Below, in pieces: positions 21,780 to 30,215 of a DNA stretch of 64,000 bases (positions within the stretch are counted from its first letter, which is position 1; the number at the start of each line of letters is the position of its first letter). Origin of the DNA: Candidatus Eiseniibacteriota bacterium (GTDB taxonomy: Bacteria > Eisenbacteria > RBG-16-71-46 > CAIMUX01 > VGJL01); contig JBHGAY010000012.1 of NCBI GenBank assembly GCA_041946735.1, positions 72,247 to 136,246 of the forward strand, written 5' to 3'. A model generated the notes under the pieces. It saw only the letters and a program-made list of their open reading frames with translations. It searched no databases and was not told the origin of the DNA. Position numbers and translations under genes: made by a program.

Positions 21780-21888
21780 GGGTACCGGCATGAGGGGAGC
21801 AGCATGAGGGTACCGGCATGAGGGGAGCAGCATGAGGGCGGCGGCATGAGGGAGAGCAGCATGAAGGCGGCGGCATGAGGGAGAGCGA
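21774..21888 (+). repeat. Tandem repeat, 8 copies of a 14-15 bp unit GCATGA(G/A)GG-N5-6
   Basis: gcatgagggtaccg/gcatgaggggagca/gcatgagggtaccg/gcatgaggggagca/gcatgagggcggcg/gcatgagggagagca/gcatgaaggcggcg/gcatgagggagagcg. Confidence 0.95.
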
Positions 21889-23986
21889 GTCGACCGGCGC
21901 GATGCGCGCGGACGCCGAGGCGGCGGCCCCGCTCGTCTCGCTGATCATCGTGCACTTCCGCACGCCCGACGTGCTCGCCGCCTGTCTCGACTCGATCGCC
22001 GCGGCGCGGCTCGTCGCCGCGCACGAGGTGCTGGTGATCGACAACGCCCCCGTCGACGATCGCGCGGAGAGGCTTTGCGAGGGACGGCCGGGCGTCGTCT
22101 ACGTCCGCAACGAGAAGAACGTCGGATTCGGCCGCGCCGTCAACCAGGGGCTGCGCGCGGGTCGAGGGGAGTTCCTGCTCGTACTGAACCCCGACGTGGA
22201 GGTGCGGGCCGGATCGGTGGAGCGGCTGATCGAGCAGATGGAGCGCGATCCGTCCGCCGGTCTCGTCGCGCCGAAGCTCCTCTATCCGGACGGCACGCTC
22301 CAGCACTCGTGCCGGACGTTCTACACCCTGCCGGTCTTTCTCCTGCGACGGACCTTCCTCGGCCGGCTCTTCCCGCGCCATCCGAAGCTGCGCGCGCACC
22401 TGATGCTCGACTACGACCACGAGACGACGCGGCCGGTCGACTGGTGCCTCGGAGCGAGCCTGCTCGCGCGCCGGCGCGCGGTCGAGGACGTCGGTCCGAT
22501 GGATGAACGCTTCTTCCTCTACTTCGAGGACGTCGACTGGTGCTACCGAATGCAGGCGCGCGGCTGGCGGGTCCTCTACCATCCCGAGTCCGTGATGGTC
22601 CATCGCTACGAGCGGGCGAGCGCGCGGCGGCCGGGGAAGGGGCTCCTGATCCACCTGGCCTCCACCCTCCGCTACTACGAGAAGTGGAGCTTCCTGCTGT
22701 ATTGGCTGAAGCTCCGCTCGACCGCGATCCGCCGCGCGGTCCTGATCCTGTCCGATCTGATCGCCGTCAACGCGGCGTTCGTCCTCGCCTATGCGATCCG
22801 CAACCTGAGCGGCCCGTTCTTCTCGAAGCCGATGTTCGGGCTGAACCGCTACACCCGCCTGCTGCTCTTCACCGACGCGGTCGCGCTCCTCTCCCTCGCC
22901 TTCGCGGGGATGTACCGCGCGCGCCGGCGCGAGGAGGCGGGGGAGCAGGTCCTCGGCGCGACGCGCGCCATGGTGATGACGGCGCTCGTGACGATGGCCT
23001 CGACCTTCCTGTTCCCGTCGCCGGTCTACTCGAGGCTCGTCGTGGGTCTCTTCCTGCCGCTCTGCCTGCTGCTGATCCTCCTGTTCCGCTGGGGGATCTT
23101 CCACGCGCAGGGGAGCGTGCGGTCGCGTCGGATGCACCTGCGGCGCGTCGGCCTGCTCGCGCCCGAGAAAGACGCCGATCTGCTGCGCGCCCGCTCGGCG
23201 GAGCACGAGGAGTACGGCTTCGAGATCCTGCCGCTGCCGCCGGGGGCGGCCGTGCTGCGCGGCCGCGAGGGAGGACTGCAGGAGGCGGTATTCGCCTGGA
23301 CGCAGGAGGAGCGGATCGCCGAGGTGGTGCTGTTCGAGGACTGGCCGGGCGGGGAGACGGCGCCGCTGATCCATCGCCTCGCGCGCGCCGGGATTCCGGT
23401 GCGCCTCGTGCCGCGGGCGCGCGACGCGATCGAGGCCGGCACCCGCATGGGGGACTTCCTCGGCTTTCCGGCCCTGTCCGTGGCCGGCGCCCATCCCGCC
23501 GTCCGCTCCTGGGAAAAGCGAGCCGTCGACGGGGCGCTGGCGATCGTGTCGATCCTCCTCCTCGGGATCCCGTATCTCCTCGTCCGTCTCTGGCTCTTCG
23601 CCACGCGACGGCCGATCGAGAAGCACGAATGGATCGGGCGCGGCGGGGAGGTGCTCCGCACCGGCCGGCTGCCAGGACGTTGGCCGCGCGGGGCCTTCTT
23701 TACCGGCCTCCGCGACTTCCCTAGACTCGGGCGTTGGCTCGTCGGCCAGTGGAGCTTGGTCGGGATCCATCCCTTCGAAGCCTCGATCTGGCCGGATCTC
23801 CCCGAGACGTACCGTCGATTCCCCCCCGACGCTCCTCCGGGATGGATCACGCTGGCGGACCGGCATGGCAGCCGATCCGCCGAGCAGATCTGCGCCGCGA
23901 ATCGGGAGTATGTCGGGCGGTGGAGCCTGGCCCTGGACATCGATCTCGTGATCGAGAGGTTGAGAGGAAGGAAGGAAAGCCCGTGA
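21875..23986 (+). CDS. GT2 (WbbL-like) fused to four TMs and a degenerate WcaJ/WbaP-type sugar-transferase domain
   Basis: NVGFGRAVNQG, LNPD, FFLYFEDVDWCYR; TMs; KRAVD; C-terminal WSLVGIHP..PG..EYVGRWSLALDIDLV. Confidence 0.85.
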   Translation: MRESESTGAMRADAEAAAPLVSLIIVHFRTPDVLAACLDSIAAARLVAAHEVLVIDNAPVDDRAERLCEGRPGVVYVRNEKNVGFGRAVNQGLRAGRGEFLLVLNPDVEVRAGSVERLIEQMERDPSAGLVAPKLLYPDGTLQHSCRTFYTLPVFLLRRTFLGRLFPRHPKLRAHLMLDYDHETTRPVDWCLGASLLARRRAVEDVGPMDERFFLYFEDVDWCYRMQARGWRVLYHPESVMVHRYERASARRPGKGLLIHLASTLRYYEKWSFLLYWLKLRSTAIRRAVLILSDLIAVNAAFVLAYAIRNLSGPFFSKPMFGLNRYTRLLLFTDAVALLSLAFAGMYRARRREEAGEQVLGATRAMVMTALVTMASTFLFPSPVYSRLVVGLFLPLCLLLILLFRWGIFHAQGSVRSRRMHLRRVGLLAPEKDADLLRARSAEHEEYGFEILPLPPGAAVLRGREGGLQEAVFAWTQEERIAEVVLFEDWPGGETAPLIHRLARAGIPVRLVPRARDAIEAGTRMGDFLGFPALSVAGAHPAVRSWEKRAVDGALAIVSILLLGIPYLLVRLWLFATRRPIEKHEWIGRGGEVLRTGRLPGRWPRGAFFTGLRDFPRLGRWLVGQWSLVGIHPFEASIWPDLPETYRRFPPDAPPGWITLADRHGSRSAEQICAANREYVGRWSLALDIDLVIERLRGRKESP

Positions 23987-26238
23987 TCCGCATCGACCGC
24001 CGCGTCCGCTTCCGCCCGCTTCTCGCCTTGGCGGCCTCGCTCGCGATCGCTTTCGCTGCCCTGATCGCCGGCGTCGCCGCTCCGGCTTCGGGCCAGACGA
24101 CCGGACGCTGGACCACCTACCTCAACACCAACAACGTGCGCGGCCTCGCCTGGGATGGATCGCGGTTCTGGCTCGCGACGATGGGCGGAGCTGTCGGCTA
24201 TGACCCGGCGACGGGGGAGATCGACACCTTCCACCGGCGCAATGGCGGCCTGCTGAGCGATTCGCTGCGCGCCGTCGCGGTCGGTCCTGACGGCCGGGTC
24301 TGGTTCGGGAGCGACCGGGCCGGGATCTCCGTCCTCGATCCGGCGAGTGGAACCTGGGACGCGTTCACGAGCTTGCTCCAGCCGATCCCCGGCAACGAGA
24401 TCCGCTCGCTGGCCATCCGCGGCGACACGCTCTTCGTCGGGACCGCCCACGGCTTCACGATCTTCGAAGGCGACACGGTGCGTGCGGTCTGCTTCGAGGG
24501 GATCGACCTTTGCGGATTGCCGAACTACGAGGTCCGCGACATCGTCTCCGATCCTGCGGGGGACGGTTTCTGGTTCGCGACCTCCGGCGGCGTCGCGCAC
24601 CGCGATCGCGCGGGGGCGTGGACCGTCTACGCCGATCCGCCTTCGAACACGACGGTGCAGCGCCTCATCCGGCACCGCGGCGAGTGGGTCGGAGCCTTCC
24701 CGGACGGCGTGCGCGTGCTGCGCCAAGGCGCCTGGACGCTCCTCGCCTCCGGCCTCCCGCAGGATCCGGTGATCTCCGACCTGCTCTCCGAAGGCGATGT
24801 CCTCTGGGTCGCGTCCGCGCGTGGCGTCTACCGTCGCGACGGGGACGGCGACTTCGTCCCCGTCGGCGACCCGGTCATCGCGGGAACCAGGCTGTTGCGA
24901 ACTCCCGACGGCGCGCTCTGGGCGTCGACGTTGGACGTGCGCGAGTGGATGAACGGGCTCTGGCGGCTCTCTCCGGACGGAGCGACCTGGACACGCAAGG
25001 CCTTCCCGGGGCCCGGAATCCGCGCGCACTGGCTGGCCCTCGCGTTCGATCGGGACGGCTTGCTGCACGGCACGACCGCGCAGGTGGGGGAGGCCCCCTT
25101 CTACCAGACCTTCGACGGACGCAACTGGTCGAATCCGGAGAACCTTCGCGACTGGAGCTTCGACATCCTCTTCACGGCCGACGGCACGCAGTGGCTCGCC
25201 CAGTGCTGCTGCGGCGCGAGCGGCAGCTGCGAGCTGAGCTTCAAGAACGGCCCGTCGCGCGAGTATCTCGAGCCGCGCAACGTTCGCGATCTCGCGCTCG
25301 ACGAGCAGGGGCGCATCTGGGCCGGCTCGTACAACGACGACGACCAGTGGGCCGAAGGGATCTACATGCGTCCGGCGAACGGATCCGACTGGCAGCAGTT
25401 CACCGTCGCGTCGACCGGGACCATGCTCAGCAATCGCGTCCGCGCCATCATTCCCTACCGAGGCGAGGTCTGGATCGGCTACGCGCAGGCCGGCGTCCAT
25501 CGGTGGAACCCGGGAGCGGACGGCGTCTACGGCACGGTCGACGATACCTGGACGCTCTATTCGACCGAGACGCCGGGACGGACGCTGCTTTCCGACGGAG
25601 TCACGCGGATCGCTCCGCAGGGGTCGAAGATCTGGATCGGAACGGCGGGCGGGATCTCGATCGTCGATCTGGAAACCGGGGCCATCACGCAGATCGGGCA
25701 GGCGTACGACCGCCTGCCTTCGTCGCAGGTGAACTTCCTGCTTCCGACCGACGATGGCGGCGCGTGGGTCTCGACCTTCCAGTCGGGCCTCACGCGGATG
25801 ACACCGGAGGGGTCGTTCTTCACCTTCACCACCTACACTCCTCCCGACCTTCCCAACCCCAACGTCGAGACGCTCGCCATCGATCCCGACGGGCGGAGCC
25901 TCTGGATCGGCACCTCGCGCGGCCTCGCCCATTTCGTTCCCCCGGCGGCCGGCCAGGAGGGGAAAGCGGACCTGGCTGCCTATCCGAACCCGTTCCTGCC
26001 CGGATGCTCCGACGGGATCCGGCTTCTCGGCTACGAGGGAAGCGGGGACGGCATCGTCGTCGATCTCAGCGGCAAGACGGTGCGGCGTTTCGAGCGTAGG
26101 TACGCGGGCGATCTCGTCTGGGACGGACTGGACGGCTCCGGCGATCCTGTTTCGCCGGGGCTCTACTGGATCCGCCTCTCGACGCCCGAGGGGATCCGTG
26201 CCGTCGGCGTCGGGATCGCGGACGGTCCCTGCCGGTAG
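23983..26238 (+). CDS. Secreted beta-propeller protein (two-component-regulator propeller repeats, PorZ-like) with C-terminal FlgD-Ig/T9SS-type domain
   Basis: Signal peptide; repeats such as LLSDSLRAVAVGPDGRVWFG, LSNRVRAI..VWIG, LPNPNVETLAIDPDGRSLWIGTSRGL; CTD AAYPNPF..DLSGKTVR..WDGLDGSGDPVSPGLYWIRL. Confidence 0.8.
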   Translation: MIRIDRRVRFRPLLALAASLAIAFAALIAGVAAPASGQTTGRWTTYLNTNNVRGLAWDGSRFWLATMGGAVGYDPATGEIDTFHRRNGGLLSDSLRAVAVGPDGRVWFGSDRAGISVLDPASGTWDAFTSLLQPIPGNEIRSLAIRGDTLFVGTAHGFTIFEGDTVRAVCFEGIDLCGLPNYEVRDIVSDPAGDGFWFATSGGVAHRDRAGAWTVYADPPSNTTVQRLIRHRGEWVGAFPDGVRVLRQGAWTLLASGLPQDPVISDLLSEGDVLWVASARGVYRRDGDGDFVPVGDPVIAGTRLLRTPDGALWASTLDVREWMNGLWRLSPDGATWTRKAFPGPGIRAHWLALAFDRDGLLHGTTAQVGEAPFYQTFDGRNWSNPENLRDWSFDILFTADGTQWLAQCCCGASGSCELSFKNGPSREYLEPRNVRDLALDEQGRIWAGSYNDDDQWAEGIYMRPANGSDWQQFTVASTGTMLSNRVRAIIPYRGEVWIGYAQAGVHRWNPGADGVYGTVDDTWTLYSTETPGRTLLSDGVTRIAPQGSKIWIGTAGGISIVDLETGAITQIGQAYDRLPSSQVNFLLPTDDGGAWVSTFQSGLTRMTPEGSFFTFTTYTPPDLPNPNVETLAIDPDGRSLWIGTSRGLAHFVPPAAGQEGKADLAAYPNPFLPGCSDGIRLLGYEGSGDGIVVDLSGKTVRRFERRYAGDLVWDGLDGSGDPVSPGLYWIRLSTPEGIRAVGVGIADGPCR

Positions 26239-27637
26239 CCGGCCGGCGGCGGGGGACGCGCGGCGCCGCGAGAAGCGCGTCGTCTACGCCGCCTACTTCT
26301 TTCCGCCCACCGGAGGGGCGGGCGTCCAGAGGACGCTGAAGTTCGTCCGCCATCTTCCCTCCTTCGGATGGACGACGGTCGTCGTCACGACGCGGGAAGA
26401 AGCGTACTGGATGCGCGATCCGACCCTCCTTGCCGAGGTGCCTCCCGAGGCGCGGGTCGTGCGCACGCGGGCCTGGACGGGACTCACGCTGCTCGGCGTC
26501 CTGCGCGGGCGCCCCCGCCCGCCATCCGGTCCCTCGGTCCCCGCCGAGGACCGCGCGGGGGAAGTCGCGAGCGCGCCGCCGCGAACGGCGCGGCGCGAGG
26601 GATCCACGCAGGGCCGGCTCCGGCGGGCCGCGTCGTGGCTCTTCGTCCCCGATTCGTATCTCGGCTGGGTGCCGTTCGCGCGCCGCGCCGTCGCGCGCGA
26701 GCTCGAGCGGGGCGGCGTCCTGGTCACCACGTCTTCTCCGGACAGCGCGCACCTGATCGGGCTCGGCCTCGTGGCCGGCCGAGGAATCGGGGCCGGGCCG
26801 GCCGGGCGCCGGATCCCCTGGGTCGCGGACTTCCGCGATCCATGGGTGCGCCGCATGAGCCTCTCTCCGCCCACCGCGCTCCATGCCCGGGCGCACGAGG
26901 CGCTCGAGGCGCGCGTGGTCCGCGCCTGCACGCGGATGATCGTCACCTCCGAGGCGACCCGGCGCGACTATCTCGCCCGCTATCCCGAGCTCGACCCGGG
27001 CAAGATCGTCACAATCACAAATGGATACGACGAGGAGGACTTCGCTGGAGTCCCGGTCGCGCCCGCGCGCGACTTCCGGCTCGTGCACGTGGGTCAGCTC
27101 AATCCCGAGAGGCCGATCGGCCCGCTGCTCGACCACCTCGAGGCGTTCTTCGCGATCCGCCCCCGAGCGCGGACGGAGACGATCGTCGAGATGATCGGTC
27201 CTCGCTACGCCGAGGACGAGGCGGAGGCCGAGCGGCGCGGGTTCGGCCGCCTGGTCCGTTTCGCCGGCGCCGTCGCCCACCGCCAGGCGATCGAGCGGAT
27301 GCTGGCGGCGCGGGTCCTCGTCCTTCTCGAGCAGGAGAGCGAGCGCGGGGCGCTGATCCTCCCCGGGAAGATCTTCGAGTACCTCCGCTCCGGGCGGCCG
27401 GTCTTCGGCCTCGTCCCTCGTGGGGCCGCGTGGGAGCTGCTGGAGGAGACGCGGGCGGGACGAGCCGCACTGCCTTCCTCTCCGCGGGACGGGGCGGCCA
27501 TCCTCGCCGGTCTCTATGACCGCTGGAGCGCCGGCGAGACCCTCGAGCCGCCGTCCGATCGCGCCCGCATCGCCTCCTTCGAGCGGCGTCCTCTCACCGC
27601 CCGCCTCGCCGCCCTGCTCGACGATCTCCTGTCCTAG
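26198..27637 (+). CDS. Glycosyltransferase family 4 (start uncertain)
   Basis: YFFPPTGGAGVQRTLKF, WVADFRDPW, ITNGYD, PGKIFEYL. Confidence 0.88.
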   Translation: MPSASGSRTVPAGSRPAAGDARRREKRVVYAAYFFPPTGGAGVQRTLKFVRHLPSFGWTTVVVTTREEAYWMRDPTLLAEVPPEARVVRTRAWTGLTLLGVLRGRPRPPSGPSVPAEDRAGEVASAPPRTARREGSTQGRLRRAASWLFVPDSYLGWVPFARRAVARELERGGVLVTTSSPDSAHLIGLGLVAGRGIGAGPAGRRIPWVADFRDPWVRRMSLSPPTALHARAHEALEARVVRACTRMIVTSEATRRDYLARYPELDPGKIVTITNGYDEEDFAGVPVAPARDFRLVHVGQLNPERPIGPLLDHLEAFFAIRPRARTETIVEMIGPRYAEDEAEAERRGFGRLVRFAGAVAHRQAIERMLAARVLVLLEQESERGALILPGKIFEYLRSGRPVFGLVPRGAAWELLEETRAGRAALPSSPRDGAAILAGLYDRWSAGETLEPPSDRARIASFERRPLTARLAALLDDLLS

Positions 27638-27735
27638 CCGAACGTTCCTTCGACAAGCAACGCGACGACTGGCTCGCTAAGCCAGAGAGAAACTTGCACT
27701 TAAGTGCGAGTACCCCCTTGACGATCTTCGGGGTG

Positions 27736-27780
27736 GTGGTGCATTGTGGGGCTCCAGGGATTGTAGTGGGTCATTAGGGA
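27736..27780 (+). promoter_or_regulatory. MraZ operator: five boxes at 10-bp period
   Basis: GTGGT(27736), GTGGG(27746), AGGGA(27756), GTGGG(27766), AGGGA(27776) just upstream of mraZ; TTGACG at 27718. Confidence 0.75.
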
Positions 27781-27801
27781 GACGGCACCTCGGAGGGGTC
27801 G

Positions 27802-28266
27802 GTGATCCCGTTCTTGGGCGAGTACCGCTACGCGGTCGACGAGAAGGGGCGCGTCAACGTCCCGGCCAAGTTCCGGGACATCCTGAAGAAGATGGACGAG
27901 GAGCAGCAGCTCGTCCTGACCAAGGGATTCGACAGCTGTCTCTACCTCTTTCCGATCGCGTCGTGGGAGCGCTTCCAGGAACAGCTGAGCAACGACGAGA
28001 TGCAGGCCGAAGGGGTCGCGCGCTACTTCGAGAGGCTGTTCGTCCGGGGCGGCTCGGTCCTCTCGCCCGATGCCCAGGGACGGATTCCCCTCACCTCCGA
28101 GCAGCGCGCGTGGGCGCAGATCAGCAAGGAAGTGATCGTCTTCGGAAACAATCGAAAGATGGAGCTGTGGTCCCCGGCCGTCTTCGAAAAGTACATGAAC
28201 GAAGGCGAGGGGTCGGATCAGTCGGTCGAGCAGATGGCGAAGCAGTACTTCCGCAAACATTTCTGA
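27802..28266 (+). CDS. mraZ: Division/cell-wall cluster transcriptional repressor
   Basis: FLGEY..VDEKGRVNVP, DAQGRI, ELWS. Confidence 0.95.
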   Translation: MIPFLGEYRYAVDEKGRVNVPAKFRDILKKMDEEQQLVLTKGFDSCLYLFPIASWERFQEQLSNDEMQAEGVARYFERLFVRGGSVLSPDAQGRIPLTSEQRAWAQISKEVIVFGNNRKMELWSPAVFEKYMNEGEGSDQSVEQMAKQYFRKHF

Positions 28267-28326
28267 CATCGGGGATGGACATTCGGCGCGTCGCGCGATC
28301 GCGAGGCGCGCAGCGCGGGGGAAGGG

Positions 28327-28758
28327 ATGCACACAGGGACGACGCAACGTACAAGCAGGAGGGAACGCGCGGCGCGACGCGTGCGGCGCGAGTGGATCGA
28401 GCGGCCGGAAGGGGACCTTGGCCGCGTGGAGCTCCAGCGGCTCGCCTCGCGGCTCGAGTCGCTCCCGGCCGGAACGCGACGCGTCCGGATCGAGTGGGGC
28501 CTGGTCCGTCATCTCGACTTCCGCGCGATCCCCGCGCTCGGGGCGAGTCTGCAGCACGCGCGGCGCTTCGGCGTCGAGGTGCGCGGCATCGATTGCGATC
28601 CGTATCTCGCCGCGCTCCTGAGCCTCGCGCTCGATCGCGAGGATGCGGAGCTCCTGACCGGGGCGAGACGCGGCCGGCGTTCGCGGGCCGCGTTCCGTCA
28701 CGCGGCGGCCGGACGCCTGGCGCGGCTCGCTTCGCCGCGTTCGATTTCGCGGAACTAG
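28327..28758 (+). CDS. STAS-like small protein
   Basis: EGDL..VRIEWGLVRHLDFRAIPAL..GVEVRGIDCDPYLAALL fits the STAS beta/alpha pattern. Confidence 0.55.
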   Translation: MHTGTTQRTSRRERAARRVRREWIERPEGDLGRVELQRLASRLESLPAGTRRVRIEWGLVRHLDFRAIPALGASLQHARRFGVEVRGIDCDPYLAALLSLALDREDAELLTGARRGRRSRAAFRHAAAGRLARLASPRSISRN

Positions 28759-28899
28759 GCCGGTCGGTTGCGAACGATTTCGGCGAGCGCGGCCCGGGGG
28801 CAGGTTCTCGGGCAAAACCCAAAGGCCGGGGCTTCCATCCCTCCTGGCTCCGCCAGCGTCGGAGGTCCTCGGGCCGCCTCCTTGCCGAAGAGGTGCGGA

Positions 28900-29778
28900 A
28901 TGCACGAGCCGGTGCTCGTCGACGTCGTGGCCGAGATGCTCGTGACCGATCCTTCCGGCCTCTATGTGGACGGGACGGTCGGCGGCGCGGCGCACGCGCG
29001 CAAGATCCTGGAACGCTTGAGCCCCGAGGGTTGCCTCTGGGGATTCGATTGGGACGAGGGGATGCTCGAGATCGCACGCCGGCGCCTCTCTTCGGATTCG
29101 GAGAGGGTGACACTGTTCCACGATCCGTTCTCGCAGATCGGCGCGCGGCTCGCCGGCGCCGGCAGGCGCGCGCATGGGGTGCTCCTCGATCTCGGACTGA
29201 ACACCGAGGTGCTCGACGATCCTGCCCGAGGGTTCCAGTATCGTGATCCCTCCTCCCCGCTCGACATGCGGATGGACCGGCGTCGTGAGCGGACGGCGGC
29301 ATCGATCCTGAATGGGTCGTCCGAGGAGGATCTCCTGCGCCTCTTCCGGGAGCGTGGGGAGCTGCGTAGGCCGCGCGCCGCCGCTCGGGCGATCGTGCGG
29401 GAGCGCGAGCGGGCTCCACTCGCGACCTCGGGCGATCTGATTCGGGGCCTGCGGCGCGGCGGAGCCCTCTCGGGCGGTCCGGCCGAACTGTCCCGTCTCT
29501 ATCAAGCCCTGCGCTTCGAAGTCAACGGGGAGCTCGAAGAGCTCGACGCGGCGCTCCGGCAGGCTCCCGAGTGGCTGGTCGTGTCAGGACGTCTCGCCGT
29601 CCTGTCGTACGAGTCGCTCTCGGATCGTCGCGTCAAGCAGGTCGATCGCCCCGGTCCCGGCCACGTTCCCCACATGCGATCTCTCACCCGGCGCGTCATT
29701 CGTCCCGATCGGGACGAAACGCGCCGCAACCCGCGCGCTCGCTCGGCGAAGCTGCGCGTGCTGGAAAGGACGGTCTGA
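28900..29778 (+). CDS. rsmH: 16S rRNA m4C1402 methyltransferase (divergent motifs)
   Basis: HEPVL, PLDMRMD, QALRFEVNGEL, NPRARSAKLR; dcw position. Confidence 0.9.
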   Translation: MHEPVLVDVVAEMLVTDPSGLYVDGTVGGAAHARKILERLSPEGCLWGFDWDEGMLEIARRRLSSDSERVTLFHDPFSQIGARLAGAGRRAHGVLLDLGLNTEVLDDPARGFQYRDPSSPLDMRMDRRRERTAASILNGSSEEDLLRLFRERGELRRPRAAARAIVRERERAPLATSGDLIRGLRRGGALSGGPAELSRLYQALRFEVNGELEELDAALRQAPEWLVVSGRLAVLSYESLSDRRVKQVDRPGPGHVPHMRSLTRRVIRPDRDETRRNPRARSAKLRVLERTV

Positions 29779-29780
29779 CG

Positions 29781-30215
29781 ATGGCGTACCGCGGCCGAAG
29801 GGTTCGACGGCGCGGCGGCGAGACGAAGGTGCTCCTCGTCGTCCTCGCCTTTGTCGCCTACTCGGGTCTCGTCGTCTACCAGAGGTTCGAGGTGCGCGAG
29901 CGCGCCGGAAGGATCGAGCGGCTCGAGCAGCGCCTCCAGGAAGCGCGGACCGACGAGCAGCTGACGCGGCTGAAGCTCGATCAGGCCTGCGCGTTCCCCG
30001 CCGTTCAGCAGCACGCAAGAGAGCGGTGGGGCATGACCGTCGCGGACGCCACGCAGCGGGTCCTGCTGCGCGGGCCGGCCGAGCCGGCGGTGGAAGCGCA
30101 GCCCGCGTCCCGGACCGGCCTCGCCTCGCGCCTGACCCGTCTCTTCCGTCCTGAGGTCGCCATGGCAAGCACCGCAGCACCCCGGCGCCAGGACGATGGG
30201 ACGGGGTCGCGCTGA
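29781..30215 (+). CDS. ftsL: Cell division protein FtsL-like
   Basis: Single TM plus coiled coil, ARERWGM; between rsmH and ftsI. Confidence 0.7.
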   Translation: MAYRGRRVRRRGGETKVLLVVLAFVAYSGLVVYQRFEVRERAGRIERLEQRLQEARTDEQLTRLKLDQACAFPAVQQHARERWGMTVADATQRVLLRGPAEPAVEAQPASRTGLASRLTRLFRPEVAMASTAAPRRQDDGTGSR

